64,000 bases of DNA from an uncultured Verrucomicrobiae bacterium (GCA_963764165.1 CAVXRD010000001.1:1120001-1184000), one strand, 5' to 3'. Positions 38,602 through 48,287 are shown, counted from the first letter of the stretch. Translations and numbers: made by a program. The notes: generated by a model not told the origin, from the sequence alone.

Positions 38602-38670
38602 GCGCTCAGTATCAGATTGTCGATTCGGGAACCTCGACGTTGCTCATAAGTCGCTGATTAATAATTTATT

Positions 38671-38746
38671 GGGCCCGTAGCTCAGGGGTTAGAGCAGGCG
38701 ACTCATAATCGCTTGGTCGCAGGTTCGAAACCTGCCGGGCCCACCA
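38671..38746 (+). tRNA. tRNA-Ile2 (CAT anticodon, lysidine type)
   Basis: 76-nt cloverleaf GGGCCCG..CGGGCCC-ACCA; anticodon arm GGCGA-CTCATAA-TCGCT; GTTCGAA T-loop; body closely resembles ileX-type tRNAs. Confidence 0.9.
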
Positions 38747-38925
38747 TTTCGTCCTCTCCATCCGGCCAACGGCACGGAGACAGACGAAATCCAACGCCGC
38801 CAGGCGATTGACGATATTCTGGATGAGGTCCTGCGCGAGAAACCTTCGGCAATGAGCGCGGCGAAAATCCTTGAAGAATCGCGGCGGTGAGAGCCTGCGC
38901 GGACAGCAGCTTCATCCTTCGATTG
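38747..38925 (+). pseudogene. vapBC-like toxin-antitoxin remnant (antitoxin C-terminal part plus PIN toxin N-terminus)
   Basis: Frame ending ..IDDILDEVLREKPSAMSAAKILEESRR* (stop 38888-38890) overlaps by GTGA with MRACADSSFILRL, a PIN-like start; both truncated. Confidence 0.5.
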
Positions 38926-38943
38926 CCGCTCCTTGCGCATCAA

Positions 38944-39636
38944 TTAATCGCCGAGTCCCGCCGCGCGCATCTTTTTCTGAGCGGCTTCTGTGTCATATGG
39001 CACGCGGCGCAATTCGATGGTTCGTTCGTCTTCGTTGTAAATGGCGTAGGTGGCTTTCCGATTTCCGTCTCGTGATTGGCCGACCGAACCGGGATTCACG
39101 AAGTAGCGTTTCGCTGGGTCCACCTTGAATTTGCCGTAGGTTCCGCCGCGAACGGCCGTTTCCTGGATAAAAGCAGCGGGCACATGCGTATGGCCGAAGA
39201 AGCAAAGGGGCGTCGTCTGACTCGCGAAACTGGCGGCCGCGGCGACCTTCTCAAAAACATATCCCCAAAGATCCGGTCGAGCCAAATTGGCGTGGACAAG
39301 GGTGAAGTCGCGCGCAACCACCACATACGGCAGCGCGCGCAACCACTGGCGCTCGTCTTCAGTGAGTTGTGTGCGCGTCCACTGCACTCCTTTGGCGGCG
39401 ATTGGATTGAAGTTTTCGAGAGGCAAATCACTTGCGCTGTATTCATCGTGATTGCCCTTGACGCAGGGCGCATTCAACCCGCGCACCAGGGAGAGGCATG
39501 CCTTGGGATCTGCTCCGTAGCCAACGAAATCGCCTAGAAATGCGAATTGCGCGCAACCAAAACCCATCGCATCCGCGAGCACCGCTTGGAGGGCTTCGAG
39601 GTTTGCATGGATATCAGCCATGATCGCGACTTTCAC
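38944..39636 (-). CDS. Metallophosphoesterase family protein
   Basis: ADIHAN, LGDFVGYG, KGNHD, FGHTH, NPGSVGQ. Confidence 0.93.
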   Translation of the reverse strand: MKVAIMADIHANLEALQAVLADAMGFGCAQFAFLGDFVGYGADPKACLSLVRGLNAPCVKGNHDEYSASDLPLENFNPIAAKGVQWTRTQLTEDERQWLRALPYVVVARDFTLVHANLARPDLWGYVFEKVAAAASFASQTTPLCFFGHTHVPAAFIQETAVRGGTYGKFKVDPAKRYFVNPGSVGQSRDGNRKATYAIYNEDERTIELRRVPYDTEAAQKKMRAAGLGD

Positions 39637-39695
39637 GCCAAGGAATGATTATCAATTAAATGCTTCAATGGCGAGAAACGAAAACTTTGCCGTCC

Positions 39696-39863
39696 TCAGG
39701 CCTTTTGCGAATTTTTCCGCAGCCAGCCGGCGTAATCTTTTTCGTTCAGCTTCCCGGCGGCCAGCGCCATTGTGCTCTCCACAACGGATTCTTCCGATGC
39801 CGTGAGAGCGTGTCCGTTTATCTCCAGAAAAACCGCGCCGACCAGAAACCCGGTCCGCTTATT
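39696..39863 (-). pseudogene. Doc/Fic toxin C-terminal remnant
   Basis: Translates NKRTGFLVGAVFLEINGHALTASEESVVESTMALAAGKLNEKDYAGWLRKNSQKA*; the HPFxDG part of the Fic motif and the N-terminus are missing. Confidence 0.75.
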
Positions 39864-39933
39864 ATAACATCAAGCCTCGGTTCGGTTGCGCTTTCCAGCC
39901 GCCTCGCGCAGATTGCAGCCAGCCGATTGTGTT

Positions 39934-40446
39934 ATGAAGGAAAACAGCATCAAGCCAGCGCACCCGGAGGTCCGGATCGGCCATGTTCATTTGAAAGTGG
40001 CCGATCTTGATCGGGCGATTGCGTTTTACCATGGTATTCTTGGATTCGAAGTGACGCAGAAATATGGGCGCCAGGCGGCTTTCCTTTCGGCGGGGGGCTA
40101 CCACCATCACATCGGACTCAATACTTGGGAGAGCCATGGCGGTTTGCCCGCGCCGCCCGGCCACACGGGTTTGTACCATCTCGCGATTCTCTATCCCACC
40201 CGCGCCGAACTGGCGGACGCGCTGCGCCGCCTTGTCGCGGCCGGCATCCCGCTGGAAGGCGCTTCTGACCACGGAGTCAGCGAAGCCCTCTATTTGCGCG
40301 ACCCCGATGGGAACGGAGTTGAACTTTACTGGGATCGCCCGAAGGAGCAATGGCCACGCAACGCGGAGGGCGGGATCGAGATGTTCTCGCAACCGCTCGA
40401 TCTTGGCGCTTTGATCAAAGAAGCGCCTCCCGCCGCACGTTCATGA
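39934..40446 (+). CDS. VOC/glyoxalase family protein (catechol 2,3-dioxygenase-like)
   Basis: IGHVHLKVADL, GGYHHHIGLNTW, GLYHLA, DHGVSEALYLRDPDGNGVELY. Confidence 0.92.
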   Translation: MKENSIKPAHPEVRIGHVHLKVADLDRAIAFYHGILGFEVTQKYGRQAAFLSAGGYHHHIGLNTWESHGGLPAPPGHTGLYHLAILYPTRAELADALRRLVAAGIPLEGASDHGVSEALYLRDPDGNGVELYWDRPKEQWPRNAEGGIEMFSQPLDLGALIKEAPPAARS

Positions 40447-40692
40447 AACCGGCTCGCCATCCGCTCCGTCGTTCCCGATGGAGTCGGTTGGGCAACCTTG
40501 GCGGCCTTCTTCCGCCGCCTTGAAATCCTCTGGCGTCGCAGGCTGCATGTAAGCGACCGACGATCCTATCTCGTCGTCACGTTTGAAAATGCCGGGGGCG
40601 GATGTGCGGCACATATCGCAGTCAGTGCAACTGTCATCCACGTAATAAGGCCCCGGAGCGTTTTGCGGTAATCTTTTCGCTTTGTCTGCCAT
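40441..40692 (-). CDS. Single-cluster ferredoxin
   Basis: YYVDDSCTDCDMC...CPTDSIG; AAAGGA RBS; TTGCGC-N16-TAGCAT upstream. Confidence 0.9.
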   Translation of the reverse strand: MADKAKRLPQNAPGPYYVDDSCTDCDMCRTSAPGIFKRDDEIGSSVAYMQPATPEDFKAAEEGRQGCPTDSIGNDGADGEPVS

Positions 40693-40765
40693 AGTTTTTC
40701 CTTTCGAATTTCAGCACAATGCTACAGGGCTACCTGTATTGCGCAAAATTCATTAATCTCATATA

Positions 40766-41692
40766 ATGATGAATAATATGCATCAATTTCTCAGCAAAGT
40801 TCCGTTTGACCTTTATGATCTCGCCTTGTTTCATCTGGTGGCGAAACATCGCAGCTTCACGAAAGCGGCGGAAGCGGCGGGCCTGACCCAAAGTGCCATC
40901 ACGCGCCAAATCCAGGGCATGGAGAACAGCCTGGGCGTCACGTTGCTGGAACGCACCACGCGCTCCGTGCAGGTGACGCCTGCCGGCGAATTTCTTTCGC
41001 TTGAAGCGGCGAGACTTTTAGGGGATGTCGAACGGTCATTAACCCATCTGGCGGAGGAATTCGCCGGGGCGCGCAAAGAAATTCGGGTGGCGGTTTCCAA
41101 TTCCATTGGCCTTGCCTATTTGCCGGGATTTTTCCACGCGAACTTGCGCCGGCTCCCCGACGTAGGATGCACGGTCACCAATCAGTCCAGTGATCAAGTC
41201 CTAACGGCGCTCGAGGCAAACGAGCAGGACCTCGGCGTCTTGTGTCCACCGCCTCGCCTTCCAAATACGGTTCGCGTCACCCATCGGTTCGAGGACACTT
41301 TCACCGTAATCGCCAGCGCGTCCGAATCAGGAAAGATTTCCGCGATAACCAATGCGAAAGGACGGCGCGACTGGCTCATGCAGCAGAAATGGCTGCTCAT
41401 TGGCGAAGGCTCGAACACGGGCAGGCGGATGCGGTCATGGCTGAAGAAACAAGGGTGGCGCATTGATCCCGCGATGCAATTGGATAGCTTTGATTTAATC
41501 ATCAACCTCGTGGCGCTCGGAATGGGAGTAAGCCTGGTGCCGATTCGGGCTTTGGCGCTATATAATCAAAGGCAAAAATTTTGCCGCGTGCCGCTGCCGG
41601 AGGTTTTCACGCGGGAGTTGGTGGTGGTTATCCGCAAACATCGCAAAACGACCGAGCACCTTGAACAGTTCATCGCGAATGTTTTGTTTTAG
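40766..41692 (+). CDS. LysR family transcriptional regulator
   Basis: SFTKAAE..LTQSAITRQI..ME..LG..LLERTTRSV.VTPAG; divergent from the ferredoxin. Confidence 0.94.
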   Translation: MMNNMHQFLSKVPFDLYDLALFHLVAKHRSFTKAAEAAGLTQSAITRQIQGMENSLGVTLLERTTRSVQVTPAGEFLSLEAARLLGDVERSLTHLAEEFAGARKEIRVAVSNSIGLAYLPGFFHANLRRLPDVGCTVTNQSSDQVLTALEANEQDLGVLCPPPRLPNTVRVTHRFEDTFTVIASASESGKISAITNAKGRRDWLMQQKWLLIGEGSNTGRRMRSWLKKQGWRIDPAMQLDSFDLIINLVALGMGVSLVPIRALALYNQRQKFCRVPLPEVFTRELVVVIRKHRKTTEHLEQFIANVLF

Positions 41693-41862
41693 CGCGGCGC
41701 AATTCGAATTACTTGAATCTAACTTCCGTCTCCAAAAGAAGATAAGTCCACGCGCAGACACAGAGCACCCAAACCGCCCACGAGAAGTGCCGCTGGCGCC
41801 GGAAGGCGATCAAAAGCAGCAGGGTCGGAACTCCCGCCGCAGCAGATCCCTCAACTCTCGTT

Positions 41863-41894
41863 CTCTCTCCCCGCCAAGCGTGGCGGGGAGAGAG
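41863..41894. repeat. Perfect 14-bp hairpin (REP-like or terminator)
   Basis: CTCTCTCCCCGCCA-AGCG-TGGCGGGGAGAGAG. Confidence 0.6.
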
Positions 41895-42056
41895 CGATCA
41901 CTTGTCGCTCTGCGGAGCTTTTTGCAGAAGTCCGCCCTCACTAAAACTGAGATGCGCCCCAAATATCAAAGTCCCAAAATTTCGTATGGACAGCCCCGCG
42001 CTGTTATGATAAGCCTCATGCCCCTGTTGTCAGAGCCGGATGGGCTGCTGTCCCGT

Positions 42057-42085
42057 TTGACTCAGATTTTGAACGCAGGTATACT
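42057..42085 (+). promoter_or_regulatory. Sigma-70 promoter of the FKBP gene
   Basis: TTGACT-N17-TATACT, 10 nt before ATG 42096. Confidence 0.7.
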
Positions 42086-42095
42086 TTAAATTGAA

Positions 42096-43088
42096 ATGAA
42101 ATCGATACGAATCGCTTATCTCGCCGTGGCGCTGCTCGCCATCGACGCTTTTGCTCAACCGTCGCCAACGGCGCCGCCTTCTCAAGTGCCTCCTTTGCGA
42201 ATGCCCCCCAACGGGGCCAAAATGGCGCAACAGCCATCCATGCCTGCAACGCCCCCGGTGATGCCTCCCAAGGACAGGCTCAGTTACGTCCTGGGCGCGA
42301 ACATCGCCAGCACCATCAAGAAGGATGACTTGGATATCGATGTCGACCTGTTTGCCCAAGGCATGAGGGACACACTCACAAGCACCAATTCCAAATACAC
42401 CGAAGCGGAAATCAAGAGCACCATGACGGCGTTTCAAGGCGCTCTCCGGGCGAAAATGCAGGCGGAGCGCGAAAAGCAGATGAAGGAAGCGCAAGCCAAG
42501 GGCGAAGAAAATAAGGCAAAAGGCGCGGAATACATGGCTGCCAACGGCAAAAAGCCAGGCGTCATCACGCTGACCAATGGCCTGCAATATAAAGTGATCA
42601 CCGAAGGCTCCGGCCCGATGCCGAAACCCAACGACACCGTGACGGTCGCCTACAAAGGCAGCCTCATCAATGGCGTCACATTCGACCAAAACACGAACTT
42701 CACCACCCCAGTGACCGGGCGCACGATCAAGGGTTGGTCGGAAATTCTTCCGCTGATGAAGACCGGTTCCAAGTGGGAAGTGACCATCCCGGGCGACCTT
42801 GCCTATGGCCCGCGCGGCAACCAGAAGATTGGCCCGAATGAAGTGCTGATTTTCGATATGGAATTGATTTCGGTAACGCCGGGACCCGCGGTTCCCGCGC
42901 CTGGTTCCGGGCCAAAGCCGGTTTCCATGAACCCGAAGCCAGCGCCGATGCCGCTTTCGTCCAATATGCCTCCTCCTCCCGGAGGCAGCATGAATGTTGT
43001 CAGCGGCCAGATCATCAAGGTTCCCTCCAAGGCGGACATGGATAAAGGCGCGAAGATCGAAGTGATCACCAACGCCTCCAACCAATAG
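42096..43088 (+). CDS. Exported FKBP-type peptidyl-prolyl isomerase (FkpA/Mip-like) with Pro-rich linkers and C-terminal extension
   Basis: Signal peptide; LSYVLG dimerisation helix; GLQYKV; YKGSLINGVTFD; IKGWSE; IPGDLAYG; LIFDMEL. Confidence 0.93.
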   Translation: MKSIRIAYLAVALLAIDAFAQPSPTAPPSQVPPLRMPPNGAKMAQQPSMPATPPVMPPKDRLSYVLGANIASTIKKDDLDIDVDLFAQGMRDTLTSTNSKYTEAEIKSTMTAFQGALRAKMQAEREKQMKEAQAKGEENKAKGAEYMAANGKKPGVITLTNGLQYKVITEGSGPMPKPNDTVTVAYKGSLINGVTFDQNTNFTTPVTGRTIKGWSEILPLMKTGSKWEVTIPGDLAYGPRGNQKIGPNEVLIFDMELISVTPGPAVPAPGSGPKPVSMNPKPAPMPLSSNMPPPPGGSMNVVSGQIIKVPSKADMDKGAKIEVITNASNQ

Positions 43089-43108
43089 CCCCGCGTATTG
43101 GGCAGAAA

Positions 43109-43275
43109 GCAGGAACGCCTCGACGAGGCGTCCAGGGGCGTGGCGGTTTGCGGGAGCATAAATTCGCGCCGAGATCGGGGTGGGCCAAGACACTTTTCGC
43201 GCCGAGCCTTTGAAGAAAAAAGATCGCGCTCGAAAACTGCCACGGCATCGGACGCCTCGGCGAGGCGCCCCCACC
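43109..43275. repeat. Inverted doublet of REP-like palindromes
   Basis: GCAGGAACGCCTCGACGAGGCGTCC (43109-43133) and GGACGCCTCGGCGAGGCGCCCCCACC (43250-43275). Confidence 0.75.
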
Positions 43276-43336
43276 TTTTCAGGACAGGCGAAACGCGAGG
43301 CTTGCACTCGATAAACCCGCCGCTAATATCCGACGC

Positions 43337-45604
43337 ATGGCGAATTTGCCGGGCGCCGCGCCCAACGAAAAACCAGCCCCAAAGCCCTATATCGGGCCGG
43401 AGACCCAGCTTCGCGAATTTACTGTCCGCGGGATCATTCTTGGCGTGTTTCTGGGCGTCATTTTTGGGGCGTCGTCTCTTTATCTTGTGCTGCTCGTCGG
43501 GTTGACTGTCAGCGCTTCCATCCCTGTGGCCGTCATTTCTTTGACACTGTTCCGCTTGCTGGCAAAATTTGGATTCAGGGACGCCAACATTCTGGAGAAC
43601 AACATTGTCCAGACCGCGGGGTCGGCGGGCGAATCCATTGCCTTCGGCGTCGGTGTGACAATGCCGGCAATCATGATTTTGGGGTTCGATTTGGACGTGC
43701 AGCGCGTGATCCTCGTCGGGACTTTGGGCGCGCTGCTCGGGATACTGATGATGATTCCGCTTCGGCGGGCCTTGATTGTCCAACAACACGAGGAGCTGAA
43801 ATATCCCGAAGGAACTGCCTGCGCGGAAGTTTTGAAAGCCGGCGCGGATGAAGAATCACGCGCGGTCTCGCAGCACAAGAGCCGCGCGGACGCTGGCGAG
43901 CCGAGCGGCGCGGCCATCTTCGGCGGCTTCGCTCTTGGCCTGGTTTACAAGACAGCGATGTCCGCCTTTCGTGCGTGGAAGGATGTTCCGGCAAAGATTT
44001 TTGGGCCGCCACTCAACGGCGGTTCGGTTGCGGTGGATATTTCCCCGGAGTTGGTGGGCGTCGGTTACATTATCGGCCCTCGCATATCCTGCATAATGGC
44101 GGCGGGCGGCGTGCTCTCTTACCTGGTGCTGATTCCAATCATCAAATTCTTCGGGGCGTCGGCCGCCACCGCCATCGCGCCCGGCACAATTCCGATAAGC
44201 CAGATGAGCCCCGACGCGGTTCGGAAGTTTTACGTTCTCTATATTGGCGCCGGTGCGGTTGCGACGGGCGGCATCATCAGCCTGATTAAATCGCTGCCGG
44301 TGATTCTTCGCGGCGTGAAGGCGGGCTTGTCGGATTTCGGGGCTTCCGCCGCCGCCGCTCGCGCGGTCGCCCTGCGAACCGATCGCGATCTTTCGATGAA
44401 ATTCGTCATCGGCGGATGTCTGCTTCTAGTGGCGGCGATTTGGGCCACTCCCACTCTGCAAATGAACTGGGCCGGCGCGATTTTGATCGTCGTCTTCGGT
44501 TTTTTGTTCGTAACTGTTTCGTCGCGGCTGACGGGCGAAATCGGATCCTCGTCCAATCCCATTTCGGGGATGACCATTGCGACGGTATTGTTGACATGCT
44601 TGGCGTTCCTGGCGGCGGGCTGGACGGCGGTGGGATATTATGTCACTGCCTTGTCGGTCGGCGGCATCGTGTGCGTGGCGGCCTCCAACGGCGGTTCCAC
44701 CTCGCAGGATTTGAAGACCGGCTACCTGGTTGGAGCCACGCCGAAATACCAGCAAATTGCCATCATGATTGGGGCGTTTTTCTCGGCCCTGGCGATGGGG
44801 CCCATCCTTTTGGCGCTGAACAACAACAACACAATTTATGTTCCGGCGGCGCAAGTCGCACCCGGACTGCGTGCGCCGGCCGATGCCAAGTTTGGCCCGC
44901 GTGAGACGTTGACAGGCCCGCAAGCCGCCAATGACTCCAAGTCTTACCGCACCTGGCACGTCGAAAACGAGGCCGACTCCACCTCGCGCAAGTATCTCGT
45001 CGATGATTCGGGCGCGGCGGTTTATCTGGCTGATCCGGGGATCAACGGCGAATTCACGAAACGTCCCGATGGCTCGGAGGTCAAAAAGTTCTCGGCCCCC
45101 AAGGCGGTGCTGATTTCCTACATCATCAAAGGCATTCTCAAAGGCAAACTTCCATGGGCGCTGGTGCTGTTCGGCGTCATGATTGCCGGGGTGCTGGAAT
45201 TGTGCGGCATTTCGTCACTGGCTTTTGCCGTGGGTGTTTATATCCCGATTGAATCGTCGATGCCGCTGCTGGTCGGCGGAGCGGTTCGCTGGCTGGCGGA
45301 TCGCCGGCGCCGCGTGGCCCAGCCGCATCTGACCGACGACGAACATTCCGCCGAAAGCGACCGGAGCGCAGGCGTTTTGCTCGCCAGCGGCTACATCGCG
45401 GCGGGTTCCATCGGCGGGATTATCGTGGCGTTCTTGAAGGCCAAGATGCCCGGCACAGACGACCGCCTTGAAAAATGGGCCGCAGCGCACAACCCATTCT
45501 ACGCCGGGCCGCACGAAGATTTGCTGGCCATGATCCCGTTTGTGGCGCTCACGCTGGTGTTGCTGTGGGTCGGGATGCGGTATAAGAAACCGGCGACTGC
45601 GTGA
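43337..45604 (+). CDS. OPT family oligopeptide transporter
   Basis: GLTVSASIP, ENNIVQTAGSAGES, YPEGTACAEVL, GSSSNPISGM, SQDLKTGYLVGATP; many TM helices. Confidence 0.94.
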   Translation: MANLPGAAPNEKPAPKPYIGPETQLREFTVRGIILGVFLGVIFGASSLYLVLLVGLTVSASIPVAVISLTLFRLLAKFGFRDANILENNIVQTAGSAGESIAFGVGVTMPAIMILGFDLDVQRVILVGTLGALLGILMMIPLRRALIVQQHEELKYPEGTACAEVLKAGADEESRAVSQHKSRADAGEPSGAAIFGGFALGLVYKTAMSAFRAWKDVPAKIFGPPLNGGSVAVDISPELVGVGYIIGPRISCIMAAGGVLSYLVLIPIIKFFGASAATAIAPGTIPISQMSPDAVRKFYVLYIGAGAVATGGIISLIKSLPVILRGVKAGLSDFGASAAAARAVALRTDRDLSMKFVIGGCLLLVAAIWATPTLQMNWAGAILIVVFGFLFVTVSSRLTGEIGSSSNPISGMTIATVLLTCLAFLAAGWTAVGYYVTALSVGGIVCVAASNGGSTSQDLKTGYLVGATPKYQQIAIMIGAFFSALAMGPILLALNNNNTIYVPAAQVAPGLRAPADAKFGPRETLTGPQAANDSKSYRTWHVENEADSTSRKYLVDDSGAAVYLADPGINGEFTKRPDGSEVKKFSAPKAVLISYIIKGILKGKLPWALVLFGVMIAGVLELCGISSLAFAVGVYIPIESSMPLLVGGAVRWLADRRRRVAQPHLTDDEHSAESDRSAGVLLASGYIAAGSIGGIIVAFLKAKMPGTDDRLEKWAAAHNPFYAGPHEDLLAMIPFVALTLVLLWVGMRYKKPATA

Positions 45605-45685
45605 TTGTGGCGCAATGCACGGACGCCTTGGCGAGTTCGGTGAAATAGCAGTGTCCAATTTGATTCATGTCAGATGAGTTGCACC

Positions 45686-46138
45686 CTACCCTTTTCGGAT
45701 TAAATCCGAAAGCTCAACGACATTCTCGAATTCCGCAACCGTCAATGGCTTCGCCACGAAGGATCGGGCGCCAAGCAAGACCGTGATTTCGGCCAATTCC
45801 GGGCTGTCCGTGCCGGAAAGCACATGCACCGGAATTTGATTGTGCGGCGGATTGCGCGAAAGCCATCGAAGCACTTCAAGTCCGGTCATTCCGCGCATTG
45901 TCAGATCGAGGAGCACCAAGAACGGGTAGGGAAACTTTTCCCGGTCCGCAAACTGGTCCCTGCCCTCCAGGTAATCCATCAATTTCATCCCGGAATCCAC
46001 CCGCGTGACCCGGAACGAAGGGCGGGCGGCACGGATGGTGCGTTCGGTCAGGAGCAAGTCGCCTGCATCGTCATCGACTAGGAGGATGGTTTGCGGCTGC
46101 GCGGTGTCAGAATCTTCGGAATCTTCGGGCGTAAACAT
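45686..46138 (-). CDS. Single-domain response regulator
   Basis: ILLVDDD, LLDLTM, FVAKP; resembles 13226..13708; start uncertain. Confidence 0.85.
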   Translation of the reverse strand: MFTPEDSEDSDTAQPQTILLVDDDAGDLLLTERTIRAARPSFRVTRVDSGMKLMDYLEGRDQFADREKFPYPFLVLLDLTMRGMTGLEVLRWLSRNPPHNQIPVHVLSGTDSPELAEITVLLGARSFVAKPLTVAEFENVVELSDLIRKG

Positions 46139-46294
46139 TACGCTTCCAGTATGCATGCATCTCGCGGTCAATGGGTATCAGGGAAAACCTTGTCAAAATA
46201 TGAGAATTTGCTCGGCATTGGATTAGGGCTGAGAGTGGGGGGGGCCGCAATGGGGTATATACCGAACAATGCCATTGGCTCAATCGCGATGGCA

Positions 46295-46386
46295 TGTTGC
46301 GGGTTGTTGCCACCCTGTTGCCATTTTTGTTGCCCCCTAAACTGTTGATCATGAATGATGTAGCGGGTGTTGCCCCTTTTTGGAGG
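46295..46386 (+). repeat. Hexamer-array/IHF-core element, TGTTGC variant
   Basis: TGTTGC at 46295, 46305, 46316, 46328 and 46368; TGTAGC at 46359; core TAAACTGTTGATC at 46338. Confidence 0.7.
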
Positions 46387-48287
46387 TTATATATAAATTG
46401 CACGCCTCCGTCTCATGGATGCGAACGATGATGTTCCAGACCGAGCTTGGAGACGATTGTTCAGTTGAAATTCATCATTCTCTTAGGCACTCTTTATGGG
46501 TCGTGAGGCTCGCTTCTATTTTGGCTGGATGGCTCGTGGTCGCTTTTGGTTTGACGGCTCAGGCCGATCTGAACCTGACGGAATGCACTGACCTCAATGG
46601 CGCTTATCACCGTCCCTTCGTGGCGGGCGCGAAATCGGGCTCCGTGCTTATCTTTTATTGGCATGATTGCCCGATCTGCAACAGCTACGCGCCCGAGATC
46701 AATCGCATTTCCAAGGCGTATACGAATTTTTCGTTCTACATCGTTCAAGTCGATCCTGACTTGACCGCCGCCGAAGCCAAAAAACACGCCGAGCAATACG
46801 AATTGCGCCCGCCCGTTTTGCTCGATCCGCGGCATCGCCTCGTCCTGGCGGCCAAGGCCACCGTCGCGCCGGAAGCTGTCGTCTACAATAAAAAAGGCGA
46901 GGCGGTGTATCGCGGGCGCATCGATAATCTTTACTCCGCCCTCAACCAGCGCCGGTCAGAGGCGACGGAGCACGACTTGCGAAGCGCGCTTGATGCCGTC
47001 GCCGCCGGTCGCGTCGTCACGGCGCAGCCGGAGCCGATGGGATGTTCGATTTCCACTTCCGTGGCGGCGGTGAAAGCTCCAACCTTTGACAGGGACATTG
47101 CGCCGATTCTTTACGACAAGTGCGCTGTTTGCCATCGGCCCGGCGAGGTGGCGCCGTTTTCGTTGTTGAGCTATGGCGATGCCGCGAAGCGCGCGAAACA
47201 AATTGCCCGAGTGACCGGCGAAAGAATCATGCCGCCATGGAAAGCTGAGCCGGGTTACGGAGAATTCGCCAATGACCGCCACCTGACCACCGATCAAATC
47301 GACTTGATTCAGGAATGGGCCAAATCCGGCGCAGTGGAAGGCAGCGCCGCCGATCTTCCGCCCGCGCCGAAATTCACCGACGGCTGGACGCTCGGCGAAC
47401 CGGATGTGGTGCTCGAGCCGGATGAAGATTTTCACTTGGCGGCGGAAGGTCCGGATCTTTACCGATGCTTTGTCATCCCGTCGAAATTCACCGAGGATCA
47501 CTACATCGCGGCCATGGAAATCCGGCCGGGCAACCGAAAGGTCGTCCACCACGTCATCATGCATTTCGATACCACGGGCGCAGCGCGGGAATTGGACGCC
47601 AAGGATCCGGGCCCGGGTTACACAGCGTTTGGCGGCGTCGGATTCAAATCCGGCGGAACGATTGGCGGATGGGCGCCCGGAAATTACCCCACCTACCTCC
47701 CTGACGGCGTAGGCCGCTTCGTTCCCAAAGGCGCCGATCTGGTCATGCAGGTGCATTATCATCGCTCGGGCAAACCCGAAACGGACCGGACGAAAGTCGG
47801 CCTGTATTTTGCCAAAGGTCCCGTCGACAAACGCCTTCGCGCCAGGATGGTTTTGAAGTTTTTGCTGCGCATTCCGCCGGGAGACCCCGATTACGTCGTT
47901 CACAGTTCGATTACTCTGGAAAACGACGTCACTGCGTATCGTGTCACGCCGCACATGCATTTGCTTGGAAAAGACATGAAAGTCACCGCCATCCTGCCGG
48001 ATGAAACCGCCGTGCCGCTGGTGCATGTGGTGAATTGGGATTTCAACTGGCAAACCTCCTACGAATTCGCCAAGCCGATTCGGCTTCCCGCCGGGACAAA
48101 GGTCACGCTGGAGGCGCATTACGACAATTCCTCCAAGAACCCATTAAACCCGCACAATCCGCCGGAAGTCGTCCATTGGGGCGAACAAACCACGGAGGAG
48201 ATGTGCATTGCTTTCCTGAATTTCACCCTGGACAAGGAACATTTGATGCGCGCGGCCACCTCCGCCAAAGACTCCGGCGGCGAGTGA
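46380..48287 (+). CDS. Exported redoxin / heme-c / copper type II monooxygenase-like fusion protein
   Basis: CPIC and YRGRID redoxin; CAVCH..MPPW heme-c domain; VHH, PHMH and EEMC copper-ligand motifs; true start probably downstream of 46380. Confidence 0.82.
   Translation: MEVIYKLHASVSWMRTMMFQTELGDDCSVEIHHSLRHSLWVVRLASILAGWLVVAFGLTAQADLNLTECTDLNGAYHRPFVAGAKSGSVLIFYWHDCPICNSYAPEINRISKAYTNFSFYIVQVDPDLTAAEAKKHAEQYELRPPVLLDPRHRLVLAAKATVAPEAVVYNKKGEAVYRGRIDNLYSALNQRRSEATEHDLRSALDAVAAGRVVTAQPEPMGCSISTSVAAVKAPTFDRDIAPILYDKCAVCHRPGEVAPFSLLSYGDAAKRAKQIARVTGERIMPPWKAEPGYGEFANDRHLTTDQIDLIQEWAKSGAVEGSAADLPPAPKFTDGWTLGEPDVVLEPDEDFHLAAEGPDLYRCFVIPSKFTEDHYIAAMEIRPGNRKVVHHVIMHFDTTGAARELDAKDPGPGYTAFGGVGFKSGGTIGGWAPGNYPTYLPDGVGRFVPKGADLVMQVHYHRSGKPETDRTKVGLYFAKGPVDKRLRARMVLKFLLRIPPGDPDYVVHSSITLENDVTAYRVTPHMHLLGKDMKVTAILPDETAVPLVHVVNWDFNWQTSYEFAKPIRLPAGTKVTLEAHYDNSSKNPLNPHNPPEVVHWGEQTTEEMCIAFLNFTLDKEHLMRAATSAKDSGGE

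Noticed and set aside
38671..38746. tRNA-Met call for the CAT anticodon
   Set aside because: Paired G1-C72 and no run of three G-C pairs in the anticodon stem exclude the initiator; the body resembles Ile2 tRNAs. Elongator Met is less likely but not formally excluded
41661..42089. 142-aa ORF and a 23-codon uORF (42018-42089) before the FKBP gene
   Set aside because: Runs through a hairpin repeat and the FKBP promoter; no protein-like features
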